Below are positions 54,291 to 64,000 of a DNA stretch of 64,000 nucleotides, piece after piece. This DNA comes from an uncultured Acidobacteriota bacterium (lineage in GTDB: Bacteria; Acidobacteriota; Terriglobia; Acidiferrales; UBA7541). Both the position numbers and the translations under genes were made by a program. Position 1 is the stretch's first letter. Each line of letters begins with the position of its first letter. The stretch is taken from NCBI GenBank assembly GCA_963760285.1, contig CAVXCI010000001.1, forward strand, positions 2,067,289 through 2,131,288. The letters run 5' to 3'. The notes under the pieces were generated by a model. It did no database searches and was not told where the DNA came from. It saw only the letters and a list, made by a program, of their open reading frames with translations.

Positions 54291-55505
54291 ATGGTCACGT
54301 GGCAGGAGGCGCGGCGCATCATTGAAGAGGCCGTTCGCGCGCGCTCCACGCCCACCGCCATCGAGTCCCTTCCGCTGGAAGACGCGCTGGGCCGCGTGCT
54401 CGCGGAGACCATTCACGCCGACCGCGACTATCCTCCCTTTCGCCGCGCCACGCGCGATGGTTACGCGGTTCTTTCCGCGGATTTGCGGAAATCACCCCGC
54501 ACGCTTTCTTTGGCCGGCGAAGTGCGCGCGGGGCAGTCGTTCGCTCGCGCGCTGCGTACCGGAGAGTGCATCGCCATCATGACCGGCGCTCCTGTTCCCG
54601 AAGGCGCGGACGCTGTTGTGATGCGCGAATTCACGCGTGTGGACGGCGAGGCAATTATTTTTGAACGCACCGCCGCGCCCGGCGAGAATATTGTTCTCCG
54701 CGGCAGTGAATCGAAGGCTGGCCAGGAATTGCTCCTGCCGGGAACGCATTTGAACTACGCGTCGCTGGCGCTGGCCGCGCAGGTTGGACATACGCCCGTG
54801 CAGGTCCATGAGCGCCCGCGCGTGGCCGTTCTTTCCACCGGCGATGAAGTGATTCCCCACGCGGATACGCCCGGCCCATTTCAAATTCGCAACAGCAATT
54901 CGCTGGCGCTTTCCTTGCTGGCGAAAATCTCCGGCGCGGAGCCGGTGGCGCTGGGCAACGCTCCCGACGAGCGCGATGCGCTTCGCGAAGGCATCGAGCA
55001 CGGCCTGGAAGAGGACGCGCTGATCCTGAGCGGCGGCGTTTCCATGGGGAAGTATGATTTGGTGGAAGAAGTTCTCGCAGTATTAGGCGCGGAGTTTTTT
55101 TTCGACGCCGTGGCCATTCGTCCCGGAAAGCCCGCGGTCTTCGGCTACTGCCAGGGCAAGCCGGTGTTTGGACTGCCGGGAAATCCGCTGTCCACCATGG
55201 TGACGTTTGAGCTTTTCGTCCAGCCCGCGCTGGATATTTTGAGCGGTATGGACGTGCGCCCGCTGCCGTTCGTCGGCGCAAAGATGGCGCGGGAGTCGAA
55301 AGAGAATCCGGCCATGGCGCATTTTGTCCCCGCGCTGATGACGTGGGAAGGGGATCAGCCCGTCGTGGAAGAGCTGCCCTGGCAGGGTTCCGGCGACATG
55401 GCGGCGTTCACGCGCGCCAATTGCCTGTTGTACGTTCCACAGGGACAATCGCTGGTCGCCGAAGGCCAGCCGGTTCAGGTACTCTTGCGGCGGGGCGCAT
55501 TTTGA
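54291..55505 (+). CDS. moeA: Molybdopterin molybdenumtransferase
   Basis: MoeA N-terminal domain plus an MoCF-biosynthesis domain (GGVSMGKYD) plus a C-terminal domain. Confidence 0.8.
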   Translation: MVTWQEARRIIEEAVRARSTPTAIESLPLEDALGRVLAETIHADRDYPPFRRATRDGYAVLSADLRKSPRTLSLAGEVRAGQSFARALRTGECIAIMTGAPVPEGADAVVMREFTRVDGEAIIFERTAAPGENIVLRGSESKAGQELLLPGTHLNYASLALAAQVGHTPVQVHERPRVAVLSTGDEVIPHADTPGPFQIRNSNSLALSLLAKISGAEPVALGNAPDERDALREGIEHGLEEDALILSGGVSMGKYDLVEEVLAVLGAEFFFDAVAIRPGKPAVFGYCQGKPVFGLPGNPLSTMVTFELFVQPALDILSGMDVRPLPFVGAKMARESKENPAMAHFVPALMTWEGDQPVVEELPWQGSGDMAAFTRANCLLYVPQGQSLVAEGQPVQVLLRRGAF

Positions 55506-55507
55506 CC

Positions 55508-56014
55508 ATGCCGAAACTTTCGCACTACGGCCGCAAAGGCAACGTTCGCATGGTGGACGTGAGCGCCAAGCCGGAAACCACGCGCATCGCGCGCGCCCGC
55601 GGATTTATCGCCATTGCGCCGGCCGCGCTTCGCCTGGTGCGCAAGCTGAAAAACCCCAAGGGCAATCCGCTGGAAATCGCGCGCATCGCGGGAATCGCCG
55701 CGGCCAAGCGAACGTCCGAACTGATTCCGCTGTGCCATCCGCTTCTGCTGACGCACATTGATTTGAAAGCGGAGTTGCGCCCCCGGGGCGTCGAGATTCG
55801 CGCCGAAGTCCGAACCAACGGGCCCACCGGCGTGGAGATGGAGGCGCTGACCGCCGTGGCCGTCGCCGCGCTCACCATTTATGATATGTGCAAGGCCGCG
55901 GACCGCTCCATGAAGATTGGCGAGATTTATCTCGAGGAAAAAATCGGCGGCCGAAGCGGCCATTACGTCCGCCGCGCGAAACCGGCAGAATCGCGCGTGA
56001 AGAAGACGAACTGA
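55508..56014 (+). CDS. moaC: Cyclic pyranopterin monophosphate synthase accessory protein MoaC
   Basis: MVDVSAK...LIPLCHPL...GVEMEALTAVAVAALTIYDMCKA. The ATG is 2 nt after the moeA stop. The ORF-track N-terminal extension is not real. Confidence 0.85.
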   Translation: MPKLSHYGRKGNVRMVDVSAKPETTRIARARGFIAIAPAALRLVRKLKNPKGNPLEIARIAGIAAAKRTSELIPLCHPLLLTHIDLKAELRPRGVEIRAEVRTNGPTGVEMEALTAVAVAALTIYDMCKAADRSMKIGEIYLEEKIGGRSGHYVRRAKPAESRVKKTN

Positions 56015-56270
56015 GCACCTGAAGAAGGGCTGCGAGTAATCGGGTGTCAGTCACAGCCTAATGCATGAGAGAGGCACAGTGTGCCACGTGTGGCCCCCCC
56101 CTCGGGTTCTTTTGATCGCGTGAGAATTCATATATCAAAATTGATGTTAGATTCAAAATCTTACACAAGTCTCCGGTTGTAGTATATCTTTTTTGTGGTA
56201 GACTGTGACACGAGAATCTAATTGGCGGTGGCATTGGTTTGGATTTCAATCCGAGGAAGAGGGCTGTCCA

Positions 56271-56615
56271 GTGCAGACTCACTTTGACAGCCTGCCGGAC
56301 GCCCACAGGGACGAAATCCTTGACCTCCTCGGCTATCTACAGAACGCGATACAGAGCCTTTGGAGAAGGCCAGAATTTGACCCCTTGGATGGTGAATATG
56401 GGATTTCAGAGATCAGACCAGCCGACATCCGCGACGACGAAGGCGTTACATATTACCGAATTTACGGTTACTTTGGGCCATGTGAGGGCGAATACACATT
56501 TCTGCACTTGACGGCCAAAAGGGTGAAAAATGACAGGGATGGCAAGAAGATCGCTAGGGAACGCCTTGACAGAATCCGATGTGGAAAGGCAACCGTCCAC
56601 AAATTTGAATTCTAG
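56271..56615 (+). CDS. Gp49/HigB-like toxin of the RelE/ParE superfamily (PF05973-like)
   Basis: The ...ISEIRPADIRDDEGVTYYRIYGYFGPCEGEYTFLHLTAKRVKNDRDGKKIARERLDRI C-terminal pattern (yRi.y.f....i.LLh.F.KK.qk.p..ei.iA.kRl) matches the family. GTG 56271 follows a GAGGAAGAGGG SD. The ORF is open from 56205. Confidence 0.6.
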   Translation: MQTHFDSLPDAHRDEILDLLGYLQNAIQSLWRRPEFDPLDGEYGISEIRPADIRDDEGVTYYRIYGYFGPCEGEYTFLHLTAKRVKNDRDGKKIARERLDRIRCGKATVHKFEF

Positions 56616-57306
56616 AAAAAGCCTTTGGGAGAGATTTCGCAGAGGTGTGGAGACACGGGCTAGGTTCGTTGAGTCGCATATTAGCAAAACGATTGCGTTC
56701 CAGATCAGAGGCTTGCGAGAAGAAAAGGGTTGGAGCCAAGAGAAGTTTTGTGAAATGTCGGGGATGAATCAGAATGCTATTTCCAGACTGGAGAATCCCA
56801 GATACGGCAGACCCACAATCACGACTCTCAAGAGGATTGCGGCAGTGTTCGATGTGGCGTTGGTAGTCCGGTTTGTACCATTTAGCCAATTGGTAGATTG
56901 GGTTAGCGGGACGCTGCACCCTGACAAGGGGCTTTCCGCTGATACTTTTAGGGTGCCCAATTTTGCCGACGAAGAAAAGGCGCTACAGTTTAAGGACGTG
57001 GCAGAATTCCAATGGCACGTTCCGATGGCGGAGAGCAATGAGCAATTCTTGGCAATGATTGATCGTTATAATCGCCTAAATTCGCCGATGGAATATTCTC
57101 CTGGCGAGACGCTGGTGGAAGAAATTGTCCATAGAGTACAAGACAGGCTAAGAAAATCGAGTGCAAACTCAGGGGCTCTCCAGAAGGTCGCTTTTCCTGG
57201 AGGCGCTGCCTCACCGAGTCTCCAAGCACAGAAAGGGAAACTCATCGATTTTCCTAAGCACGTTCCAAAGACGCTTTCACTTTTTGCCAATGAACATGAC
57301 CAATGA
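56530..57306 (+). CDS. HTH-XRE family regulator (HigA-like antitoxin) with a ~130-aa C-terminal extension
   Basis: Helix-turn-helix region RFVESHISKTIAFQIRGLREEKGWSQEKFCEMSGMNQNAISRLENPRY. The gene overlaps the 3' end of the toxin gene. The C-terminal extension is unassigned and the start codon is uncertain (56530, 56539 or 56647). Confidence 0.55.
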   Translation: MTGMARRSLGNALTESDVERQPSTNLNSRKSLWERFRRGVETRARFVESHISKTIAFQIRGLREEKGWSQEKFCEMSGMNQNAISRLENPRYGRPTITTLKRIAAVFDVALVVRFVPFSQLVDWVSGTLHPDKGLSADTFRVPNFADEEKALQFKDVAEFQWHVPMAESNEQFLAMIDRYNRLNSPMEYSPGETLVEEIVHRVQDRLRKSSANSGALQKVAFPGGAASPSLQAQKGKLIDFPKHVPKTLSLFANEHDQ

Positions 57307-57335
57307 CTGCAAGCGATTGCGGGAGGAAAATCATA

Positions 57336-57731
57336 ATGGACATCAAAGAGACCGAATCGAATAAACCAAAAACCATACTTCAAGTTTCGCCGGATTTTTT
57401 CTCAGAGTATGCCAATAACGCATACCTGCAGGGTAGTGCATGGGACCTGACCATAGTCTTTGGTCAACTAAATCAGAAGTTTGAACCTGCAGTGGCTGAT
57501 TGGTTCGGGCAGGTCACCATGCCGTGGGCGCAAGCAAAAATACTCAGCTACATTCTTCGGATGCATATTATCGCGCATGAATTGCAGAACGGAAAAATTT
57601 CTATACCGAAGAGTGTCCTTCCGCAAGGAATTCCCGACCCAACCCCCGAAGAGATACAGCGGGACCCTATGGCGCCGGAAGTGGTGAAAAAACTGCAAGA
57701 AATTCACGCTGAGCTCGTTGCCAGTCTTTAA
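57336..57731 (+). CDS. DUF3467-family protein
   Basis: YANNAYLQGSAWDLTIVFGQL...MPWAQAKILSYILRMHIIAHELQNGKISIP matches the DUF3467 pattern (YAN......efvLdFg...lsP.hAK.L...L..n...YE..fG.I). The ATG at 57336 has a GGGAGG SD. Confidence 0.55.
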   Translation: MDIKETESNKPKTILQVSPDFFSEYANNAYLQGSAWDLTIVFGQLNQKFEPAVADWFGQVTMPWAQAKILSYILRMHIIAHELQNGKISIPKSVLPQGIPDPTPEEIQRDPMAPEVVKKLQEIHAELVASL

Positions 57732-57789
57732 GCCTATAACCAATTCATCGGGTAAGGCAGCACTCAAGCTTAAACCTAGGATAGAATCC

Positions 57790-58284
57790 ATGCGAGTTGC
57801 CATTCTCACCATCAGCGATTCTGTAAGTTCCGGTAAATCCGAAGACCGCTCCGGGGCGGCGCTTCAGGCCGAATGCGCGGCGCGCGGCATGGACGTGGTG
57901 CATACCGGCGTTTTGGCGGATGACGACTCCGCGATTCGCGCGCGGTTGAGCGAGCTCTGCGACAGTGGGACTGCCGACCTGATTCTCACCACCGGCGGCA
58001 CTGGGCTTGGTCCGCGGGACGTAACTCCCGAAGCCACGCAGGCTGTCGCTGAACGGCTGGTCCCCGGCCTGCCGGAGTTGATGCGCCGCGCCGGTTATGC
58101 GGCGAATCCTCGCGCCGCGCTTTCGCGTGGAGTGGCCGCGCTGCGCGGCAATTCTTTGATCGTCAATCTGCCCGGCAGCCCCGAAGGCGCCGTGGAGTCG
58201 TTCTACGCCATCGCCGGCGTGCTCGCCCACGCCATTGACGTCATCCACGGCGCCCGCCACGACCCCAATCCGAAAGCAGTTTGA
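57790..58284 (+). CDS. mogA: Molybdenum cofactor biosynthesis protein MogA/MoaB
   Basis: MoCF-biosynthesis domain with AILTISD and LILTTGGTGLGPRDVTPEA motifs. Confidence 0.8.
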   Translation: MRVAILTISDSVSSGKSEDRSGAALQAECAARGMDVVHTGVLADDDSAIRARLSELCDSGTADLILTTGGTGLGPRDVTPEATQAVAERLVPGLPELMRRAGYAANPRAALSRGVAALRGNSLIVNLPGSPEGAVESFYAIAGVLAHAIDVIHGARHDPNPKAV

Positions 58285-58358
58285 CGGCAAACACGAGGGG
58301 CCCCGATTGGCGCCGATGTCCAGCCCGTGCCGCAAGCAGAAGAAAGGTGTTTTGACCC

Positions 58359-59138
58359 GTGCGGATTGTAATCGATAGCAACCAGCTCGTTTCGTTCCTC
58401 GACAAAATAGACCGAACTGATGCATACCAGCGAGTCACGTTGGCACCATACGTGTTTGTCGACGTGATGCTGCACCCGCACGCGCAGAAGTTGATAACAC
58501 GATTGCGATCTTTCGACATTCTGGTTGGCCATGAGCCTTCGGATGCCTTGGCGGGGATCGCTGGACTTGACGAAGAAGATATACGCGCCTTCACACCCTA
58601 CAACGGGGAGTTCGAACTGCCGATTCGCCTAACCCGCAAAGATGTTTCAATAGCGCAGAATGTTAAGGAGAGGCACCGAGTGTTCGGGGCAAACATGTTC
58701 AATCGCGCCCAGCTTTTCCGCAACCATCTGAGAAATGAGGGTCTGAAGGACAAGTTCTCCGGCTTTTCGGAGGCACTTGAATTACTGGGGCCGTCCTTCT
58801 TCCAGTCGTTCGTATTCAACTCAATTTCCTACAAGGGCTCAAGACCACTCACGGTGTCTGACGAAAAGACGCTATACACCGCGGTGATGGATAATCGTTA
58901 TTTCTCTCGGTACTTTAGAATGATCTTCTTCTACATAATCAGCTATTCACGGATGTGGAAGAATCAAACACAGAATTTTGATCCCTCCGATCGTGTTGAC
59001 GACTGGACTGATATCACTCTGCCCTTCTATGCGGCCGACGGCGATATCATCTTAACTGCGGACAAAAAGCTTCGGGCCGCGATCGGGGCGGTTGAGGCTT
59101 CGGACGCCGTCCATGTGAGGACGGCTCAGGAACTCTAG
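58359..59138 (+). CDS. Hypothetical protein with a PIN-like N-terminus, 259 aa, low GC
   Basis: N-terminus MRIVIDSNQLVSFL resembles PIN beta-1 with an Asp at position 6, and a C-terminal DITLPFYAADGDIILTADKKL is reminiscent of the PIN C-terminal acidic cluster. GC about 48%. GTG start after an AGAAAGGTG SD. Confidence 0.4.
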   Translation: MRIVIDSNQLVSFLDKIDRTDAYQRVTLAPYVFVDVMLHPHAQKLITRLRSFDILVGHEPSDALAGIAGLDEEDIRAFTPYNGEFELPIRLTRKDVSIAQNVKERHRVFGANMFNRAQLFRNHLRNEGLKDKFSGFSEALELLGPSFFQSFVFNSISYKGSRPLTVSDEKTLYTAVMDNRYFSRYFRMIFFYIISYSRMWKNQTQNFDPSDRVDDWTDITLPFYAADGDIILTADKKLRAAIGAVEASDAVHVRTAQEL

Positions 59139-59342
59139 CCCTTTAACTTGTTAGGCTGGACTGAACTGTTTGTTTCCAGGACTCGCCCCGACCTGCTCTC
59201 CGAGTTCACGGCACAGAGCTAAGGACTATTCCCGCGTAGCGCGTCGAGAATCGATCGGGAATATGCGCGGGCAGCGGTTCAACGGTTGCCCAGCAGTCCT
59301 AATGGCGATGCCGCCGCATGGGCTCTCCGCGCGCATTCAGCG

Positions 59343-59516
59343 TTACAGAAGCTGCTGTTGATTTTTTCCGCGAAATTCTGACAATCGGTCAGAACTATGC
59401 CCAGACGGCGGGAACAGGCGCAAAATGGCGATTTCTAATCGCTACACTTTTTACAGTCGCAAAACGCTAACTCCCGCGAAATCAACCACATCCACATTTC
59501 TAATCGCTACACTTTT
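59343..59516 (-). repeat. 174-bp structured repeat element, copy R, inverted relative to copy L, with two internal direct repeats tttctaatCGCTacac(tttt)
   Basis: The reverse complement aligns block-for-block with 36445-36618. The 4 variable nucleotides of the 20-mer are identical in both internal repeats of a copy but differ between copies (CCCT in L, AGCG in R on the same reading). Confidence 0.85.
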
Positions 59517-59942
59517 GGCCTCTTAATTTTCGTCGCATTTCACCCCCCAAAAACCCGTTTTCCCCGCCCAGGTTCGAGCGTCCGCCGCACATGGCAGGAC
59601 GCGGCTGGCCCGCGGCGGCCAGATTTCATGTTCCTCGCCAGGAATGGAAGCTGCTTCGCGGCGCCAGCCCGCGGCCGGTTGTGATGCGGCGCCGCGGATT
59701 CGCCGTTGAGAATATCCACAAGCAAGCCCATAATTTGCATGGGCAAGTAAAGGAGAACCTATGATGCGCGCGGGAATTGCATTGGTGCGAGGGTGGGTTG
59801 CGCTGGATGGGCAGACGATGAAATTGCCGCGTGGCTCGCGGCGCGAAGCAGCGGACTCCGGCGCGCGCCAACTGAACCCTGGAGATGACTACGCCAAATT
59901 CATAATTCCTCCGGCAAGCGCCGCCAGGAATGGAGCCGCCCG

Positions 59943-61343
59943 ATGAAAACCTCGCACTCTGACACGCTGGTGGTCTTTGGCGTGACCGGCGACCTGGCCC
60001 ATAAGATGGTCTTCCCGGCGCTTTACGCGATGGTGAAACATGGCGCGCTCAAGGTCCCGGTAATCGGCGTGGCCCTGCCGAACTGGAGTCTGGATCGTCT
60101 GCGCAAACGCATCACCGACAGCATCAAGCGATCCGGGGGAATTGATGACCGGCGCGCCTTCCGCCAACTGCTGTCCCTGTTCAAGTATGTGAGTGGCAAT
60201 TACAATGATCCGGCCACGTTCGCGGCAATAAGAAAGAGCCTGGGCGGCGCCCGGCGGCCCGCCTACTACCTGGCCATCCCGCCATCGCTCTTTAAGACGG
60301 TGATCGAAGGGCTTGGCGCGGCGAACCTGGCCAAGAATGCGCGCGTCATTGTCGAAAAGCCGTTCGGACGCGACCTGCCCTCCGCGCGCGAGCTCAACCG
60401 CGCCGCGCTCAAGGTGTTTCCGGAAGATTCGATCTTCCGCATAGACCACTTCCTCGGAAAAGAGGCCATCATGAATATCCTCTATTTCCGGTTCGCCAAC
60501 TCGTTCCTGGAGCCCATCTGGAACCGCAACTATGTGGCCAGTGTCCAGATAACCATGTCCGAGGATTTCGGCGTGAAGAAGCGCGGCGCGTTTTACGAAA
60601 CCGCCGGCTGCCTGCGCGACGTGGTGGAGAACCATCTGTTCCAGGTCATCGCGCTCCTGGCCATGGAGCCGCCAGCCGACAGGGATTTTGGAGCCGTGCA
60701 TACCGAGCAGGCCAAGGTCTTTGAAGCGATGCGGCCGCTCAAATCCCGCGATTTGGTGCGCGGGCAATATGCCGGCTACCGGAAAGAACCGCACGTGGCG
60801 AAGAAGTCCGACGTGGAGACTTTCTGCGCGCTGCGCCTATTCATAGACTCGTGGCGATGGCAGGGAGTGCCGTGGTACGTCCGCGCCGGCAAGAATCTGC
60901 CCAATACCGCGACGGAGGTGCTGGTGGAGCTAAAGGCGCCGCCGCAGAGACTTTTCGCCGACTCGGCGCCGGCGACCGGCCCGGCGAACTACCTGCGCTT
61001 CCGGATATCTCCCAAAACGGCCGTCGCCCTTGCCGCTCGCATCAAACACCCCGGCGAGGAGTTCGTGGGGGACCTGCGAGAGCTTTACCTGTTCGAAGAA
61101 CAGCCGGGCGAGGAACCTCCCTACGAGCGGCTGCTGGGCGACGCCATGATTGGCGATGGAGCGCTCTTCGCTCGTGAAGACGCGGTCGAAGCGGCCTGGG
61201 CGGTCGTCGAGCCAGTCCGTAAGAACCACCACCGAGTGCTTCCCTACAAGCGGCGCACCTGGGGCCCGAAGGAATCTGACGCGCTCATCGCTCCAAACGG
61301 TCCCTGGCACAATCCCAAACCCAAAGAGGCCGCGGAATGTTGA
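59943..61343 (+). CDS. zwf: Glucose-6-phosphate 1-dehydrogenase
   Basis: [18 protein letters not shown]-binding motif and the RIDHFLGKE active-site motif. Confidence 0.9.
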   Translation: MKTSHSDTLVVFGVTGDLAHKMVFPALYAMVKHGALKVPVIGVALPNWSLDRLRKRITDSIKRSGGIDDRRAFRQLLSLFKYVSGNYNDPATFAAIRKSLGGARRPAYYLAIPPSLFKTVIEGLGAANLAKNARVIVEKPFGRDLPSARELNRAALKVFPEDSIFRIDHFLGKEAIMNILYFRFANSFLEPIWNRNYVASVQITMSEDFGVKKRGAFYETAGCLRDVVENHLFQVIALLAMEPPADRDFGAVHTEQAKVFEAMRPLKSRDLVRGQYAGYRKEPHVAKKSDVETFCALRLFIDSWRWQGVPWYVRAGKNLPNTATEVLVELKAPPQRLFADSAPATGPANYLRFRISPKTAVALAARIKHPGEEFVGDLRELYLFEEQPGEEPPYERLLGDAMIGDGALFAREDAVEAAWAVVEPVRKNHHRVLPYKRRTWGPKESDALIAPNGPWHNPKPKEAAEC

Positions 61344-61467
61344 GCCGGCCGCGGCCGAGCTTCCAGTTCGTTCTGATTGCAGCACGCCACGCACCACACC
61401 AGGCCGTTATTCTGGAATGATGAAATGGGCGTAAGGTCAGCGGACGGGGATTTGGCGTGAAGGCGCT

Positions 61468-62685
61468 ATGAACATACTGGCCCTCAACAGCGGATCTTCC
61501 TCGATCAAATTCTCGATGTTCGACTCCGGGTCTGGGCAGAGCCTCACTCAGCCGGCGCCCCTATTCGACGGAGAGTTGAGCGAGATCGGCGGTCCAGACG
61601 CCAAACTTGAACTTCGGGGAGCGGATGGGACGAAACTGAGTGGCGGAGGATCCGCGTCGAAGGCGAAGACGCAGACGGAAGCGATCCGGCTGGTTCTGGA
61701 CGCGGTGTGCGCGCCGCGGATGCCGACAGTGCAGGCGGTGGGATATCGCGTGGTGCATCCCGGGCCGAAGCTGGACAAACATCAGAGGATAACCGCGCCG
61801 GTGCTGAGAGACATTGAGGAGGCGGTGGCTTTCGCTCCGCTGCATGATCCCGCCGCGATCGTGGCCATTCACGAAGGAATGGCGCGATTTTCAAATGTTT
61901 CGCACTACGCCTGCTTCGATACCGTTTTTCACCAGACCATGCCCGAGGAGGCCACTACTTATCCGCTGCCACGGGCGTACCGTGAAAAAGGCGTTCGGCG
62001 GTATGGATTCCACGGGCTGAGTTGCGAGTCCATTGTGCGGCAGATGCGCGCGAATGGCGTCGCGCTCCCGAAGCGCATGGTGATTGCGCACCTGGGCAGT
62101 GGATGCAGTGTCACGGCGTTGGTGGATGGCCGCTCCGTGGACACGACCATGGGCCTAACGCCGACCGGCGGAGTGGTGATGGGAACGCGCCCCGGCGATC
62201 TGGATCCCGGGCTGCTTCTGTACCTGCTGCGGCAGGAGAAAAGCGGCAAGGACGGCGAGATTTCGGCGGTAGAGACGATGTTGAACAAAGAATCGGGAAT
62301 GGTGGCGCTGAGCGGAATGCCGAACGATGTGAAAGCCGTGCGGAAGGCGGCGGCGAAGGGCGACGCGCAGGCCTCGCTGGCGCTGAAGGTATTCACGCGA
62401 AGTGTGACCAAGGCCATCGGCGGGTTCTGCTGGCTGCTGGGTGGTCTGGATGCGATTGTGTTTGCGGGGGGGATCGGCGAAAACGATGCGCTTACACGCA
62501 CCGAGATACTCGCGAATCTTCAGGGAATGGGGATTGCAATTGTTTCCGCGCTGAATGGGATTGCGGAGCACGGCGCCCGGCGGATCAGCGCATCGGATGA
62601 AAAGACGGCGGTGCTGGTCGTTCCCGCCCAGGAAGATCTCATGATCGCCGTGCATGTGGCCCGCATGGCTCGGTCAGACGATTAG
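61468..62685 (+). CDS. ackA: Acetate kinase
   Basis: MNILALNSGSSSIKFSMF and the VVHPG...HLGSGCSV motifs of the ASKHA fold. Confidence 0.85.
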   Translation: MNILALNSGSSSIKFSMFDSGSGQSLTQPAPLFDGELSEIGGPDAKLELRGADGTKLSGGGSASKAKTQTEAIRLVLDAVCAPRMPTVQAVGYRVVHPGPKLDKHQRITAPVLRDIEEAVAFAPLHDPAAIVAIHEGMARFSNVSHYACFDTVFHQTMPEEATTYPLPRAYREKGVRRYGFHGLSCESIVRQMRANGVALPKRMVIAHLGSGCSVTALVDGRSVDTTMGLTPTGGVVMGTRPGDLDPGLLLYLLRQEKSGKDGEISAVETMLNKESGMVALSGMPNDVKAVRKAAAKGDAQASLALKVFTRSVTKAIGGFCWLLGGLDAIVFAGGIGENDALTRTEILANLQGMGIAIVSALNGIAEHGARRISASDEKTAVLVVPAQEDLMIAVHVARMARSDD

Positions 62686-62772
62686 CTCAGGCGATGGACA
62701 GCCGTTGACACGGGATTTGCGCGGGGCATCCCGCTTCGAATCGCATCATTTGTTTCCCCGGCTTGGCGAAGT

Positions 62773-64000
62773 TTACGAACCCGAGGCCGGCGCGGTAAAT
62801 GCCTTGCCAACGATAGTCTGCGCCTCTGCCTCAATTTTTTGGAGATGGTCCTGGCCGGCGAAACTTTCGGCGTAGATTTTGTAGATAGCCTCGGTGCCGG
62901 AAGGACGCGCGGCGAACCACCCGCTTTTGGCGACAACCTTGACGCCGCCAATCGAGATGCCATCTCCGGGCGCGTTGGTCAGAACAGCCAGGATTTTCTC
63001 GCCAGCCAGATCGGAAACCTGGATGCTTCCCTTGGTGATTTTTTCGAGCATCATCTTCTGCTGGGTGGTGGCGGGCGCTTCGGTCCGGTCATAAAGTGGA
63101 TCGCCAAGGTCTTTCGTGAGTTCCTTGTAAATCTCTCCGGGATCCTTGTGCATTTTGGCGGTAATCTCCGCCGCCAGCAACGCGGCGATGATGCCGTCCT
63201 TATCCGTGGTCCACACAGCGCCGTCACGGCGCAAAAATGACGAGCCGGCGCTTTCCTCGCCCGCAAAGCCGAGATGGCCGTGCAACAGGCCATCCACGAA
63301 AAACTTGAAACCCACGGGAACTTCGTAAAGCTTCCTGCCGAGTGTGGCCGTGACGCGATCAATCATGCTGCTGCTGACCACCGTCTTTCCTACCGCGGCA
63401 TCCTTGCCCCACTGAGGACGATTGGCAAACAAATAATGGATGCAAACCGCCAGGTAGTGGTTGGGAGCCAGCAGTCCCGTGCTCCTGGTGACAATTCCAT
63501 GCCGGTCATGATCCGTGTCGCAGGCAAAAGCGACATCGAACTTGTCCTTCAAGGCGATGAGAGACTGCATTGCGTACGGCGACGAGGGATCCATGCGAAT
63601 CCGGCCATCCCAGTCGAGGGTCATGAAGCGGAAAGTGGGATCGACAATATCATTTACAACTTTGAGATTGAGGCCATAGCGCTCGGCGATGGGTTGCCAG
63701 TAATGCACGCCAGCCCCGCCCAATGGATCAACTCCCAACGTGATCCCGGAGTTGCGGACAGCCTCCATATCAATGACGTTTTGAAGGTCCTGGACATAGG
63801 CTGTCCGGTAGTCGTGCCTGTGCGTCGTGGGGGACGAAAGAGCCTTTTCGATGGGCATGCGCTTGACGCCGCTGAGATTTTTTGTGAGGAACTCATTGGC
63901 TCGCGCTTCGATCCAGGAGGTGACTTCCTCTTCCGCCGGACCCCCATGAGGCGGGTTGTACTTGAAGCCACCCGATTCAGGAGGGTTATGAGAGGGGGTG
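62773..64000 (-). CDS. pgm: Phosphoglucomutase (alpha-D-glucose-phosphate specific), partial; N-terminus lies beyond the right edge
   Basis: The ORF track starts at MPIEKA, but the reverse frame stays open to position 64000: ...[35 protein letters not shown] matches the PGM GGxKYNPPxGGPA motif. The C-terminus [29 protein letters not shown] is also typical. Confidence 0.8.
   Translation of the reverse strand, partial: TPSHNPPESGGFKYNPPHGGPAEEEVTSWIEARANEFLTKNLSGVKRMPIEKALSSPTTHRHDYRTAYVQDLQNVIDMEAVRNSGITLGVDPLGGAGVHYWQPIAERYGLNLKVVNDIVDPTFRFMTLDWDGRIRMDPSSPYAMQSLIALKDKFDVAFACDTDHDRHGIVTRSTGLLAPNHYLAVCIHYLFANRPQWGKDAAVGKTVVSSSMIDRVTATLGRKLYEVPVGFKFFVDGLLHGHLGFAGEESAGSSFLRRDGAVWTTDKDGIIAALLAAEITAKMHKDPGEIYKELTKDLGDPLYDRTEAPATTQQKMMLEKITKGSIQVSDLAGEKILAVLTNAPGDGISIGGVKVVAKSGWFAARPSGTEAIYKIYAESFAGQDHLQKIEAEAQTIVGKAFTAPASGS

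Noticed and set aside
59761-59946. 61-aa ORF just upstream of and overlapping the zwf start
   Set aside because: It has no SD, its Arg/Ala-rich composition is typical of GC-rich noise, and it overlaps the zwf initiation region. It is more likely untranslated leader.

Overview
This 64-kb window comes from a high-GC (about 65%) bacterial chromosome, probably Acidobacteria-like. It opens with an ECF sigma / anti-sigma / DUF3106-like triad, followed by a complete division and cell-wall (dcw) cluster: mraZ-rsmH-ftsL-ftsI-murE-murF-mraY-murD-ftsW-murG-murC-murB-ftsQ-ftsA-ftsZ, with no ddl and a PASTA-containing FtsI. After ftsZ come a stand-alone JAMM/MPN protein and a lower-GC islet of four hypothetical ORFs, one carrying a fresh 120-bp in-frame tandem duplication. 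Next are glyA and rpiB, then a 7-kb stretch (25.1-32.3 kb) where four consecutive genes are riddled with frameshifts: archaeal-type proS, a class A PBP, nfeD and a stomatin. The rest is a housekeeping block: SPOR protein, lnt, a secreted 4x DM9-repeat protein, prfB (with its natural CUU-UGA-C +1 frameshift), metK, ahcY, tldD/pmbA, a Ser/Thr kinase, rsmA, glgA, trxA, purA, moeA/moaC/mogA, zwf, ackA and pgm. The most unusual signal is a 174-bp structured element present twice in inverted orientation (36445-36618 and 59343-59516). Each copy lies about 200 bp 3' of a different low-GC cargo gene, a SIR2_2 (TTNYD-motif) protein and a PIN-like protein, which gives a cassette-like gene-then-element arrangement. 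A second accessory insertion, a Gp49/HigB-like toxin plus a long XRE regulator plus DUF3467, splits the molybdenum-cofactor operon between moaC and mogA.
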